A DNA stretch of 64,000 bases from a virus, in the IMG/VR virus record IMGVR_UViG_3300045988_151684, positions 39,994 through 103,993 of that record. One strand, 5' to 3'. Every line of letters starts with the position of its first letter. Position 1 is the first letter of the stretch. Under the pieces are notes generated by a model. The model was not told where the DNA came from. It did no database searches and was given only the letters and a program-made list of their open reading frames with translations. The translations under genes were made by a program, and so were the position numbers. Shown one piece after another: positions 26,989-40,100 of this stretch.

Positions 26989-27468
26989 TCACTGATGTGT
27001 ATCGGTCTTGTCGTTCTGTTTAGGGAAATGCTTGGTTATCGTCACATTCTTCGATGAGAGAAAACTGACCACTATAAAGCCGACATACATGACGCCGGAT
27101 GAACCAGCAAAAACATAGTTTTCGGTATAGAGTGAGTACATCATGATCGCCAGCAAGGTCATGGATACGACGAACGCCATCCATTGGCCTTGCCACTTTT
27201 CCTTTATGCTCGCTTCTAATGCCATACGTTCCTGCTCTCTTATGTGAGCAGAATTCTTCTCGAATTCGGTGAATATCCGTTCTGGCAAACTCTCATCGAT
27301 ATCTTTATACCCGCGTAGCAACGACGGTGGCGGTATCGGTCCAGCGTATTTTGTTGCTATGCTCACATACTCCTGTGGCAAAACGTCAGCACGTTGCTCT
27401 TGTTGAGGTGCCGATTCTCTCGATGATGCCTCAACCTGGTTATTCGCCTCTACTGGTTCCATTGCCAT
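26989..27468 (-). CDS. DUF2335-like membrane protein
   Basis: Two C-terminal TM helices. N-terminal DESLPERIFTEFEKNSAHIREQERMAL block. Confidence 0.35.
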   Translation of the reverse strand: MAMEPVEANNQVEASSRESAPQQEQRADVLPQEYVSIATKYAGPIPPPSLLRGYKDIDESLPERIFTEFEKNSAHIREQERMALEASIKEKWQGQWMAFVVSMTLLAIMMYSLYTENYVFAGSSGVMYVGFIVVSFLSSKNVTITKHFPKQNDKTDTHQ

Positions 27469-27658
27469 TCAAAACTCCTCTGTTGTTGTCGATTGCCTGT
27501 TTCAGCATAAAGCCGGTGCGTTCCCAGCTATTCTGCGCAATCTTGTCAGCCCCGGAAATATATGTGCTATAATCCGATGAAGGGAATAGCGAAAACGTCA
27601 TCGCCCCGTAAAAAGTCGCTGCAACTGCGCAAGCAAGTGCATGTAATTTCTCTGCCAT
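27440..27658 (-). CDS. hypothetical small protein (72 aa from MAEKLHALACAV)
   Basis: RBS AAGGAGG before an internal ATG. Extended -10 TGCTATAAT upstream. Confidence 0.3.
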   Translation of the reverse strand: MAEKLHALACAVAATFYGAMTFSLFPSSDYSTYISGADKIAQNSWERTGFMLKQAIDNNRGVLNGNGTSRGE

Positions 27659-27936
27659 AACATTCCCCTCCTTTTCGTTCTTCTCGTTCATTATAGCACA
27701 CATTTTACCAATTAGGTATCCCCCGAGAACTTCCGCCATTTCCAAAAGCGGCGGAAGAATTGGCGGAAAAGCGCTTGCAAGCCTTGAAATTATTGGGCAG
27801 TACATTTGTTTTATACTTATCGGAAGTTATGCGCAGGAGGAATTATCTTTAACTACTAAAACACCGCCATCCCTTTATTATTAAAGGATTGACGACGTTT
27901 TAGTAACTAAGCGTGTCTAGGCAAAATTTATGCGTT

Positions 27937-27989
27937 TGCAGACTTTTTGCAGACAAATCCCTCTTTTATGCAGACAATATGCAGACAAA
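27937..27989. repeat. Four direct copies of TGCAGAC(AA) at about 27937, 27948, 27969 and 27980
   Basis: Read directly. Spacing is 11, 21 and 11 bp. Sits between the endolysin stop and the next operon. Confidence 0.45.
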
Positions 27990-28073
27990 CTGCTGCTGCA
28001 TCCTTTAACTCAATCTAACGTAATCTAACTCGTTTTTAACTTATGATTAACTCAACGATGAATTGTCGTCGAG

Positions 28074-28685
28074 TTAATCATCATAATAGATATTGGCATC
28101 GTACCCGAAACCGGCCAGATTATCCGTGAACTGATGCATCCGAATGATGTTGTTCGGGTACTCCTCTTTGAGATAATCCCGACAGGCCGTTTCGAACGTG
28201 TTGCCCTCGCCGTAGTTGGCTACCCAATACGGCACATAGTCCGGCAAATCCTCGATACGGATATAATGCGAACTTTCGGCACTCAGCCAACTCCAACTTG
28301 CATATACACCATTGTACTGGTGCCCGTAGTTTGTGAGCTGGTTGATAAAGGCGCGGCAGCACTCAGTCACATCACCGTTAAGCATCCGGTTTGACTCTGC
28401 ATCATACCAAATACCCAGCGGCGGTGTTTCGCCTCTCAGGTATTCTTTCAGCCATGCAGCAACCTGATCCGCCTCTGCCACAGCCTCATCATAAGTGCAG
28501 GCATGAGCGAAATAATAAACGCCATACTGCAGGCCATATTCCACAGCGTGATTGATGTGCTCGACAAACATATTGTCGAGGCTGGAGCGCTCGCCGATCT
28601 TTAAGATAACACCCTCAATGCCGGTATCAGCGAGTGCCTGCCAGTCAATTTCAGTCTGCCATGCGGATATATCAATTACTTTCAT
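28074..28685 (-). CDS. endolysin, GH25-family muramidase
   Basis: GH25 N-terminal signature MKVIDISAWQTEIDWQAL...GVILKIGE. Confidence 0.8.
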   Translation of the reverse strand: MKVIDISAWQTEIDWQALADTGIEGVILKIGERSSLDNMFVEHINHAVEYGLQYGVYYFAHACTYDEAVAEADQVAAWLKEYLRGETPPLGIWYDAESNRMLNGDVTECCRAFINQLTNYGHQYNGVYASWSWLSAESSHYIRIEDLPDYVPYWVANYGEGNTFETACRDYLKEEYPNNIIRMHQFTDNLAGFGYDANIYYDD

Positions 28686-28690
28686 TTTGC

Positions 28691-29134
28691 TTACTTCCTT
28701 TCTCGTTCTTCAGATAGCTGCTTTAACGTATTTTTTAATTTTGCTGGTATTGGCACTCCTGCCTTGCCAGCATTTTCTAATATAGATAGCCCTTCATTGC
28801 CTAGAAAAAACCATGTTACCGCTACACAAATAAGCTGCTGCCCCATAGCATTATCCATGAAGTGAGCTAATGACACTAACAGCAAAATCATTAGTTTTTT
28901 GCAAATGCCTTGAAACCCTCTATGACTGTCAAGAGCCATGTCAGGGTTTACATAAGCCGCCAGCACTCCGCTGATATAGTCAATGACCATTGCGAATATA
29001 AGTGCTTCAAGTACACTGTTCCATGCGCCAAACAGGTATGTTGTCACCATGCCAATTGCTCCTGTCGTCGTCCCCCATAGGGCTTCGACACGAACGGGGA
29101 CGAGTGACCTTATCGCTTCTATTATTACATTCAT
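28691..29134 (-). CDS. holin (TcdE/phage_holin_4_1-like)
   Basis: 147 aa with multiple TM helices, directly upstream of the endolysin. Confidence 0.6.
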   Translation of the reverse strand: MNVIIEAIRSLVPVRVEALWGTTTGAIGMVTTYLFGAWNSVLEALIFAMVIDYISGVLAAYVNPDMALDSHRGFQGICKKLMILLLVSLAHFMDNAMGQQLICVAVTWFFLGNEGLSILENAGKAGVPIPAKLKNTLKQLSEERERK

Positions 29135-29235
29135 GCGCCCTCCATTATTCTTCTGTACCCGTTATTTCCCGTTTTCCTTACATCAACACTATCATGGCGG
29201 ATGAATGTATTTTCTATACTTCATGATTTTCTCCA

Positions 29236-29276
29236 CTAAAAAAGCCAACCTATCTTTACTTTGATAAGTTGGCTGT
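29236..29276 (-). terminator. Hairpin GCCAAC...GTTGGC followed by TTTTTT on the minus strand, separating the virion-protein operon from the lysis cassette
   Basis: Read directly. Confidence 0.45.
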
Positions 29277-29415
29277 TATTCTGTTGTTTATAGATAGAGC
29301 ACGCCCCATCCAAATTTATTTATTAATTCTTCATCTTCTGTTAGCTATATTATAGCTTACATTCTAATCTTTTTCAATTAGTGGATTTATATATTTCATA
29401 TTTCCTCCGTTCTAT

Positions 29416-31119
29416 TTACTGCACAAAATCTTTCAGCGCTTTCGCATCATGCAGCAGCTGTGCTTCCTTAGCCGTTGGTTTTTTCTTTGTATGCCACTCT
29501 TTTTGAGCACGCTCCTGAGCGCTCCTATTAGAATCGCTTTCATACCGCTTGAACTGCTTATCCGTTATGCCTAAATCCTGCATAGCCCGCTTATTCTCAG
29601 ATGTCTTATCCTTACGGTATGCATCCATAGCATCCTTCTTTTCATCACCATAACGGCTGCGCATATCATAAAGGTAGCTGTTAATGAAGGATGTATTAGA
29701 TTCATCAGTGCTGCGGAAACCCAGCCCATGAATGACTTTAGCAAAACCATCTTCATATACGCTATTAACGCGGTGATGCGTACCATAGCTTGCACCGTTA
29801 ACCCAGGCCTGAATCATATTGCCCAATGCTGGTGATATTGCCTTGATTGCTTCCGCTGGATTTCCATTATGCAGCTGGTCAATAGTATTAAATGCTGTGC
29901 CCAGAACCGGACCGCCTAAAGCATTGGCAATAGCTCCTGCTGCCGATGACGGCGCCGTACCATAATATTTCCCGCTGAACGCACCTGACATCCCGACACG
30001 ACCTGAAATATCAATGCCAGCTAATGCCGGTATTCCATAGATAACCGTTTCAACAAGTTTCTTGCTTGCCGGGTCGTTGCCTGCCCATTTCATCATAGCT
30101 GCCTTGCACTCATCAGCAAGATTTTCATCTTTACCGGTATAAATACCAAACAGGAATGAGAAGAATTCATTTAGCAAATCGCCAAATGGCAGCGCTCCGG
30201 CCGCACCGGCCAGCAGCATATAAGGAACAAGGAATCTTGCCCGCTGCGCATTGTTTTCAGCATGAACAACATTGTTCCACATAAATTCAAGCTGCATAAT
30301 CGGGTACTTTTGGAACTGGAACATTTGCTGGGTTAATACCGATCCCGCTCTCATTACGCCCGGAGTTGCTACATTTGAATAATCAAAGTTAGCATCAAAG
30401 TTTACTTCCTTGGCATATTGCATAGCTTTTTTAGAAATGGTCTTGCCTGGTTCAGGTTTCATTCCCTTTTCAGTTACACCCTGATAGTATGCTCCTAGGA
30501 TAGCAGCTTTACGCATTAATGAATCAGCCATAGTAAACGGCAGCATGGTTTTATTGGCAGCACGTTTTATATTGCCTAAAACATTACGCACTCTGCCTGA
30601 ATCACGGTTATGGGAATAGCCGCCACTGTTATCAGCTAATGTTATTTCATTCATAACACCGCTATTCTTCAGTATGCGCCGGTCTAGCTTATTTGGCTTG
30701 AGTGCCCGCTTAAGTCCCTCCATTGCCCATTTGTAACTATTCAGCTTTGTACCAATATTTACAAACTGCATGAAGTTAATTGCTGCTGATGCAAAGTTAC
30801 CTAAACCAAGTTTAACTACTGCTATGAAAGAACTGAAATTACTGGATAATGCTAGTGCTGGTCTGCCATTATAATAATCGCTCAGCCGTCGTCCTAGTGC
30901 TGTTTTCTCTAATGACTTATTCAAAAGTTTCTCAAGCCGGCTCGGAACACCGTTCATATCGTTGATATGGTTCTTGATATACCATGCTATATCTGTCTTA
31001 GGCTCGGCATTGAAATCACCAAACCAGCGCTCATAGGTAGATATTGCCTGCGGTTTCCAATGTTCCATTGCTACATAACGTGAGGATGCATTGAAGTAAT
31101 GCTCCAGCAGCCACGGCAC
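29416..31119 (-). CDS. virion / ejection-associated protein (hypothetical); 5' end overlaps the giant ORF by about 49 nt
   Basis: 567-aa ORF. An alternative start MEHWKPQ lies immediately after the giant ORF stop. Confidence 0.4.
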   Translation of the reverse strand: MPWLLEHYFNASSRYVAMEHWKPQAISTYERWFGDFNAEPKTDIAWYIKNHINDMNGVPSRLEKLLNKSLEKTALGRRLSDYYNGRPALALSSNFSSFIAVVKLGLGNFASAAINFMQFVNIGTKLNSYKWAMEGLKRALKPNKLDRRILKNSGVMNEITLADNSGGYSHNRDSGRVRNVLGNIKRAANKTMLPFTMADSLMRKAAILGAYYQGVTEKGMKPEPGKTISKKAMQYAKEVNFDANFDYSNVATPGVMRAGSVLTQQMFQFQKYPIMQLEFMWNNVVHAENNAQRARFLVPYMLLAGAAGALPFGDLLNEFFSFLFGIYTGKDENLADECKAAMMKWAGNDPASKKLVETVIYGIPALAGIDISGRVGMSGAFSGKYYGTAPSSAAGAIANALGGPVLGTAFNTIDQLHNGNPAEAIKAISPALGNMIQAWVNGASYGTHHRVNSVYEDGFAKVIHGLGFRSTDESNTSFINSYLYDMRSRYGDEKKDAMDAYRKDKTSENKRAMQDLGITDKQFKRYESDSNRSAQERAQKEWHTKKKPTAKEAQLLHDAKALKDFVQ

Positions 31120-34100
31120 ATCTTTTTCAAACCCCTCGGCGCCTTGCGTTTTTTCATATTACCAAAGAAACGATGCCGTCCCTTTATTTTTGCGCCAGCT
31201 GATTCACGCAGGAACTTTCTTGCTTCATTGAGTGACATATCCGTATTCTTATGTATCTGGCTAGTCATTCTAGCAAAATCACGGTCCCCAACTACGACGT
31301 TGTTGTATTCCTCATCATATTCAAAGCCCTGTGCTCTAATAACATATTCAGAATCTGGATTTTCCTTTGCATAACCATTAGCAAGTTTAGCAGCCTCTTT
31401 TAAACTTCTGCCACTGCCACGAGTTACAAGTATTTCTTCTCCATCTTCATTAGTATATTTTTGATAAACCATGAATTTATGAAAGAAATGCGGTACATAG
31501 CCAGTTAATTTAGTTAAAGGCTTGGGCCGTTCTGTATAATCAACCCGCCATAAAGTAGTACCTAAATCATCCGTCACGGGTTCAAAATCTATAACGCAAA
31601 CATCCTTATCTGCCTTTAATTTACTTAAGGCCTCAGGCGATACCATCTCGCCCGTATGTTCATAAATTTTAGCGCCGCGATATGTTACCAGTATTTTGCC
31701 ATTGCCTTTATTAATTATACTAAGAATATCGCTGTCCTTAAGGAAATGTGCCTTTTTGAAATCATCCAGCTGGCTTCTATGAAGAATCTTATTGCGCTCT
31801 ATCACCTGCATCCGAGCATCATTTATCAGCTTATAGGCACTGCCAAGACGCAGCCGAACCAGCTTATAGGCACGAATTGCATTATCGGAAAGTCCCATTT
31901 CCTTCAAATCCTTAACTTTGTATTCCTTGCCTTCCATATCACCTTGCAGCAGCGCCTGTGATACATCGTCCAAATCCTTCTTATCTTTGGTATACTGGTT
32001 AAACCGTTTCATAGCCTCGCCATAATGCGCCCTGAGTTTTTCCTGCTCATCGTATGCCTTGCGGGCTAAATTATAGAAATACTTGACAGCATTATTCTTC
32101 TTTGAAACCTGTCTTACCGTCTTAACCCACATATCGAGCATATTCAAGTTGTCAATATCACGCTCCTTTTTCTTGCGAATTTCAACGTTCTTTTCGGTGG
32201 CAATTTTACCCAGCTCGCTCATTGACCTTTTAATGCGGTTCAGCGAACCAGCCGGTTCCGTCTCCGTCTGCATTTCACTGATGGAGTATTTTTGCGTACT
32301 AGAAAAGCCGTCCTTGTCAGAACGGCTTACTGATAATTTGTTGTTGTCGTATTCATAATCGTGAATTGCCTTAACATCGTTTAGATATAATACTGATTGA
32401 ACCTCGTAGCTTACATTTTTCTCGGGTTGTTGATTACGTGCATTAAGCTCTCGTACTCCTCCTGTATAGCCTTTCTCAACCTCGACTTCACTTCTTCTAT
32501 CGGCATTGTCGGGTGTTCTTTTATCATATCTGGCAGGAGTTCCTCCATCTTTAATGGCTCTATTTTTGACGTTGTTTTGTCGGTTGTCTGATACATAACG
32601 CTCAAACTCCTCTCCTAATCGGTTAAAACGGCGTGAGTATTCATACGCTTCTTTTGGAAAACCATTCATATCGAAGTTGAATTTTGACCGCAATTCACGA
32701 ACTATCTTAGTTCCTAAAAACGCTTGGTCTAACTCATCGTCCGTCATGTCAGGTTTTAGCTTGCCTGCTAATTCCTGCTTCATCTGCTTAATGTCATTAT
32801 CGGTCACTTTTAGGGCATTGTCAAGCTCTCTTTCCCATACTTTTCCAGATTCTATATCCTTAAAAATACGGTTTACTTCCTCAGTCTTGGCAATGATGGA
32901 ACGCAGCTTATCAACCATTTCACGGAATTTTTTCCATAGCTTGCCAAACTTGAATGAATTACCGTTAGGGTCTTTAGTAACTCCCTTATTTCTAGCTAGG
33001 AACCAGTCACGGTATCTGTCAGCCGCATACTCAATAACGTCCTTGCCAGCTTTCCTAGCGTCCTCTTTATACGCCTTGATGATTGCAGATTTTTCTTTAT
33101 CTGTGAGCACCATATCCCATACCGCATGAAATACTTCATGGTATACGGAACCTTCATCGCCATTTAATGCTAACTGTATTACTGCCTTACTGCCAACCGT
33201 ATACTCTTTGCCGTTGACCTTTATCTTTACGCCAGCTTCTAACCCGTGAGCCTTCCTTGCTTTGTCAGCGTCTCCATTATCAACATTGAGTTCATCAGCA
33301 ATTTGTATTTCCACTTCTGCTTTATTGAACATAGTGAAATAAAGTGATGAGCCATCATCACGAATATTTTTGGCAGTCGGCAATGCTTCAGCTATTTCCG
33401 TGCGTAACCGCCCCATAGCCTGCGCTTTTGCCTGTTCGCTAATCTGCTCTTTTACATTATCTGCTGGGCTGATACTGTAATTGCTTTCGGCTAACAATGC
33501 GTTAGCTTCTTTGACAAATTCATTGCGGTCATTTTCATTTTCAAAGATAAATGAATTGTTAGCATACTTGCTATAGTGACCGTTGTGCTCTTTAGCCAGG
33601 TTACTGATTGAACGGTATTTATCGCTTAAATATTCGGTTGGTCTTGCCGTTGAATAAAGTTTGTCAACGTTTGGACGGGTATCTTCATGCGTGCCAAGCG
33701 TGAAATACTGTTCAGATTCAGTGTTTTCAGCTGGTTTAGATTCCGTTGTCGGTACTTTAGCATTAGGGTTATTGGCTTTTTCTGCCAAGTATTTATTGGC
33801 AGTACGCTCAAATTTATTGCGCAATGATTCAGTCGCAAAACCATAACCGCCAAACTTTACATTCCTTCTTCCTTGGTAGTCAAATGCTATTGCATATAAC
33901 CTATCGTCGTTCATCAGCTTTACATCATCGACTAAAGCCATATAGCTGTTATTAATGCTTTTTTTATTAACAGTATTGGTGAAATGATTTTTTATATCGG
34001 CGCCAATACGCTCAGGCATGGTCATATTTTTAATACGGCTGAAAAGGTCTTTGATATTCTCTATACCTCTAAGGTCTACTTCATTTCCACCTTGTGCCTG

Positions 34101-37100
34101 TTTCATATCCTCGTCAGTAAGGTATTTATCAATGACTAATATCTTTGTAGCTACGCTTGTTCCAGCACGCTTAAACGTGCATTGTGGAAGTCTTATGGTA
34201 TTAATGAGTAAGGCATGTTTTGCTTCATTGTTTCCGTACCATTCATCAAACCGCTTATTAAATGCAGGACCATCAGGGACAATTGCTATTACTCGCCCGC
34301 CATCATAAAGATGTTCAAAGGCTTTTGCCAAGTGTTCCATAGCGGTCTTGCCACCTTTACCGTAAGGAGGATTCATAGCAATACCATCAAACTTATTGGC
34401 TTTGGCGAACTGCTCAAAGGTCGTAGTTTCTACTCTTGAAGTAGTACCGCCTTTTAACCGCATTTTAGCAAGTGTAGCCAGCTGTTCGCTTGGCTCAATA
34501 ATAGTATTCCTTGTCGTAGCACTAAAGTAACGGGATATTGCGCCATGACCTGCGGACGGCTCCAATGCTTTGTTGCCATTCTTCAAGCCTAACCATTCTA
34601 CCATCTTAAAGCCTACTGGTTCAGGTGTCGGGTAGTAGTCTACACCTTCACTTGATTTATTACGGCTGTTCTTTTTCGCATTGGTGAAATAATCCGATAC
34701 GGCTTCATCAAATTGGCTAACGCCACTCATTGCTTTGCCATCACGGGCTTTACCGCCTGTACCTTCGGTCTTGCTGTTTGGCAGATAACGTTTCCATGTA
34801 TCACCGTCTATTGATTCCATAAAGCCGTTTACGATAGCGTCTCTAAGGTTGCGTGCTTCATAGCCCATAGAAAGATTTTCAGCGGTTGAAGAACGTCCCG
34901 CAATCGTATCAGCAAAAGCCTGTCTTTCAAAATTCATGCCAGTATTCAGATAGCGGATAATAGCATTAGTTACTACGCCAGTACGATAGATTCGCCCTTC
35001 ACATTGGATTAAGTCCGTTGGTCTTGTTGCCAGCCCCAAGTCTATTAATACCCGCTGGTGTTTTCCTGTCCTGTCGTGCAGGGATATACCTTCTTTAGCA
35101 GACGCCCGCTGACAAAGAAGAACTCTTAAATCATCCTCATCGTCATTAAATTTGTCAACACTATCCTGTCTTAATGATTTTTTCACATCACCATTAAATA
35201 TGCCGACTGTCTTTCCAAGCTCCGACTGAAAACGTTCTATAGGTGACATCAGGTCTTTCATATCCAGCTTTAGCAGTTCAGGATTTTCAGCACAAAAATC
35301 CTCATACTGCTTGTGAGCCTTAGCCTGATCAGACGGGTCAAGCTCTGCAAAATCATCACTAATAAGCATAAATGGATTTGCAGCTTCATTCTTTTTGAAA
35401 TCATGGAACACTACTACCTGCTTGCCAGCTTTTAAATATTCCTTGATTATTGGGATTGCCGCTTTAGCCTTGACTGCTTCCAGCAGATAACGCCGTCCAT
35501 TCTTCTTTAGTTTTTCATCAACCATCTTGGCAATCAGACTGTATTTGTCTCTATCGCCTTTTTCATCGTTGCCATGCAGAATGTCAAGTCCTCTATCAAT
35601 CTGCTTGCCTACGCCACCATCAACTAGGATATAGCCACGCTCATAATCGGGCTTAACTTCTAATTTACGGCTGGAAACAGCGCCAATGCTTTTCAGCCAT
35701 TCATTAAATTTTATTTCCATAATGTCTTGGTTAACTTCTGCGTCAGGCTTATTCAGCTTGTTATTGCGCATACGATAACCAAAATGGTCAATCATAAACT
35801 GTTCTTGACCATCGGTATCATTGTAGTAGCCATGTTTTTCTTTGGCAGGATAATCAAACAAATACCCCTCAGCATATTCTATATTTTTGATGTAGGCAAA
35901 TGGCGTAGCTGACAGGAACAGCACTTTATGGCGGTCATTAGCTCCCTTGGCGTCCTCTGCCTGCATAGCTTCATACTCTGCCTTTAGCTTATGGCGTATT
36001 CTTTCATTTTTAACATGCAGGTCTGCCAGCTGCTGTCTATCACTAGCCGTAAAATCAGATGCTCCGGCTCTGCTGTTCAATGACCTTTCCTGCATTACAT
36101 TATCATAATTTTTAGCTTCGTAATAATCGTTAAAGCCTCTATTATGATAGGTCATGGCACGAACTTTGTTAAGTGCATTAGTATTATTTGCCTGTTCTCC
36201 CTGCATTAGTTTATGAGATTCATCAGTTACGATTAAATCCCAGTCACGTTCTAAAAGGGCGTTGTTTTCACCTACATTTTGATATGAAGTGATAACAATG
36301 CCCTCGCCTTTATCCTTGGTGCTTTTCAGTTTGCTAATATCCAAGCCAAAGAAACCTTTACCCGCATTAATCCAGTCATTCTGTGTTTTATCCTGTGGCG
36401 CAATGATAAGAATATTCTTTTTGCCACGCTGTACAAAACGCTTGATAACGCCTAAGCCTGTAAAGGTTTTGCCTGTTCCTGTACCGTTGGTAAACATCAT
36501 ACCTTTATACGGTTTACCGTTTTTATCGGTGCTGAACAAACGGTTATCAGCTTTTACAACATCATCAACCTGTCCTTTCATCAGGAACGGCATACTAGCT
36601 TCTATTTGCTTTTTACTGCCAGTTTTAAAATTCTTCTTATCGACTTTAGCACCATTTATTGCGCCACGTTTACTGCTTTCATTGACTGGTCGGTTTTCAG
36701 CAGATTTAATACTTTCTGCGCTTCGTCCATCGTCAACCGGCGGTCTGTCGAAACTGTCTCTAATGCTTCTTGATAGGTGTTCAGCTCCGGTGCTATCATT
36801 TCCAGCTGACTGTTTGGTTTCTTCGCTTTGTACTCGGCTATTGCCAGTCTTTCCGCTAGTATCGGTGCTACGTCCGTGAACGCCGCCGCTACGTTGTGAC
36901 CGTACTTCTTTTCCAGACGATTGTACACTCTGTCCTCGCCCTGTTCGGGATTCTCCATCTTCATGTACTGACCCCACTGCGTCTTGATTGTCCCCTGCGC
37001 TATTTCGTTCAGCAGGTTTGTTGGTGCTGTCATAAAGCTCACTGTCCGTTACCTCCTTAGGATTGTTAATTACATTATCTGCGCCAATAAAGCCAAGTTT

Positions 37101-40100
37101 GAGTAATGGTTCAAAATCCTTAGCATTATCTTCACCATATTTTTTAGCAAACTCATTGCGAATATCTTCAAAACCTGCTTTGGGATTCTTTTCCATGACA
37201 CTGCCAACATAGTTAAATGCAGGTATCATTTGAGATTCATCAACCTTGCCGTCAGCAGATTCGAGCATTGACCATACAGGGTGCAGCCATCCACGTATAT
37301 CATCACCAAGAGTATCAATCATGGTTTTAGCAAATTCGGTAAAGCCTTTTGCGCCACGTGCTACATACAGTCTGCCTAACTTAAATGCTGGTGCAAGAAT
37401 GTCGGGGTCAAATACCGGCAGGGAATTTAATCTGTTGCGGGATTTTTCAAGTGCCTGTTTTAACTCTGCTACCAATTTTGTTTCGGCTTCTTCTGAAATA
37501 TCAACGCCAGCAAATTTTTTAGGGTCAATATCCTTCGGCTTATTACCATCAGATTCATCTTTTGATTCTGCTTTAGCTGGTTTTTCCTCAGCCTTTTTCT
37601 TTACAGGTCGAATACCTAAAGCCTTTTCAAGCTCTTTTTCGGCTTCCTCCTGTGTTGAGAAAATCCTGTGTTTCTTTTCTTCTTTTGGCTTTTCATCTTT
37701 TACCACGGGTTCGGATTGAACGGTTTCAGTCCCCTGTGTATGCTCGCTAGATACTTCTCCGCCGTTTCCTTCGGCAACTGTTTCATTACCATCAGTTCCA
37801 GCTCGTTCGGTTCCCTTTTTCTTAGCTTTACTATTGCTAGGCTTTGCAGACGTATTACTATCTTGTTCCTCCTCATGTATTCTTTCCAACAAGTGCTTCC
37901 TTATAAGCACACTATCTGCTAACACACCAGCTCTACTGTACGGATATAAGTCTGGGTTGAATACATTATCGTCTGTATCTTCTATTTCCTTCTCTAACTT
38001 GGCTAATCTCTCTATTGCTTCTTCATAAGTGATACTTTTTGCCCGATAAGCCTTGATAATCTTGCTTCCTTTTTGGTTAAAACCTTCTCTTATTTCCTCT
38101 TTCTCTTTGTATGAATAGGTTCTGTGCTCATTTTCATTTGTAGCTTTTTCGTTGCCTTCCTCAGCTGGTTCAGCTCCTGCCTTTTTTTCCTGTTCTTCGG
38201 CAAGCTCCTTAGCATAATCAGGTTCGCTCGTATCGGTATCAATTTCTTTTGATTCACCATAGAAATCTTTGACAAAACGGGCTTTATCATCAGAAGTTTC
38301 AAAGTCAAGATTATATACAGGTTTACCATTTTCCAAGTGTCCACGATAGCTTTCAATGTTATAGCCACGGTCGATATAATCCTTTATGTCAGATTCATAG
38401 ATACCGCTAACTCCTTTTAGAACAGTATCTTCTTTAGCTGATTTTTCTGCTTTAACTTCCTGTTTATCCTGCTCAGTAACGTTTTCAGCTGCTTCATTCT
38501 TGGCAATAGCTGGTGTTGCTTCCTCAGCTGGTTTAATTTCCTGCTCTGCTTCATCGTTGGTTTCAGCATTAGCAAGTTTCTTCTCAGCATTGACTATAGC
38601 CTTTGGCACGCCATGTTCTAGGTCATTGCGCAAATTATCATTAACAGAAATATTCTTTGCTTTCAGCTCATTTAAAAGCTCCTTGCCTAGTTCAATGCGA
38701 TCAGCCCGTGACATTTTCTTGACTTCGCTTAACCGTTTTTTATAGTCAAACCTGCTTGGAACATTGCCATACTGACTGTTTCTTATTTGCTCTGCTTCCT
38801 TATGGAACCCCATTGCGTCCGCTTCATTTGCCATTGCACCTATATCACTCTTGGCTTTTGCTTGACGGAATACAGGCGAATCGTTAAGCCGTGCCATTGG
38901 GTCATTGGTATTTACGGTTGGTGCTTTACGTTTTGGCGTGTCAGGAATAACAATATCAGGAGTTTCAGCAGGTGCGCCATTCGGAACAATAATCCCTGCA
39001 TTAGGCGTAGCAGGATTAATTGCAAGCCCAGCTTTCTGCATACGTGCGTCTATTGCTTGACGGTTGGCATTAGCCTGTTGCTGGTTATTGTTTAAATCCT
39101 GCTGTATGGTGCTGTCTAAAACATTACCGTCTATTGGCTGTCCATTCATAGCTGACTGCATAATAGCACTAGCCGTTGTGGGCAGATTTTGCTGTGTGGC
39201 CTGTGCAGCAGCATATTGCGGGTTATTATTTGCTATGCTGGCTAACTCTTCAAGATTTGCTATTGAAATATGCTGCTGATTATTTTTTATATTGCCAGCC
39301 AGTCCCTGACCATCCGGCAGTGCGGGGAAAGCATTTGGCACATCAAGCTGGATGCCATTCATGATAGCATTTTGAATGTTGCCAGCTGAGGCATTAACTC
39401 CCTGCGTCAGCAGATTGACCATAGTATTGTTCCAGCCATTACTGCGGGCAACTAAAGCAGCCTCAGCAATTTTTCCCTGTGATGCCAGTTTAGTGATATC
39501 ATCTACTGTCTGAGCAAATCTGTTGCCATAATTAGTTGAAACTCTTGTCTGTGCTGGTGCCTGCGGATTAATATTGTCAATTTTCGGTGTGGCCGGCGCT
39601 CTCCTTGGTGATGGGGCTTTAGCTGCCATCACGGTCTTCATCATAGCATTAGCAGTTTCCTGCGGATGCATCTTAAATATTGCGCCAATATCACCACCAT
39701 CAATTGCATTTTGCATAGCAGCTGCATGGGCTGCGTCCTCATTTACATCATCACTTACTGGCATATTCATCAACTGAGTAGCCATTTCCATTACTGACTG
39801 CTGCTGCTCCGGCGTCACCTCATTATTGCTAATAAGTGCCTGCGCTGCTTCCATATTCGCCTTTTCCTGCTCTGGTGTCAGGTCATATTGAGATAAATTG
39901 AATCCGGGAACAGTTATATTATAACTGCCACCACTGCCATTTAAAGCTTCACCATGGTCACTGAAATGTAAATGACCGCCGGTAGCATTAGCCGAAGGAT
40001 TACTATATTCGTCTAAACCATATAATCCATATTCCTTAGCCTTATCTATTAACCAGTTACGCGCATCCGCATTACCCTCAAGAAAATCATCGGCCGTATC

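Noticed and set aside
28050-28080. Imperfect 12-bp inverted repeat TTAACTCAACGA...TCGTCGAGTTAA at the endolysin stop, considered as a terminator
   Set aside because: No T-tract follows on the minus strand. It may still be a processing or binding site but is not a canonical intrinsic terminator.
29271-29415. 11-aa ORF MKYINPLIEKD with a GGAGGA RBS upstream of the holin
   Set aside because: It is too short and not conserved-looking. The RBS-like sequence probably belongs to holin regulatory context.
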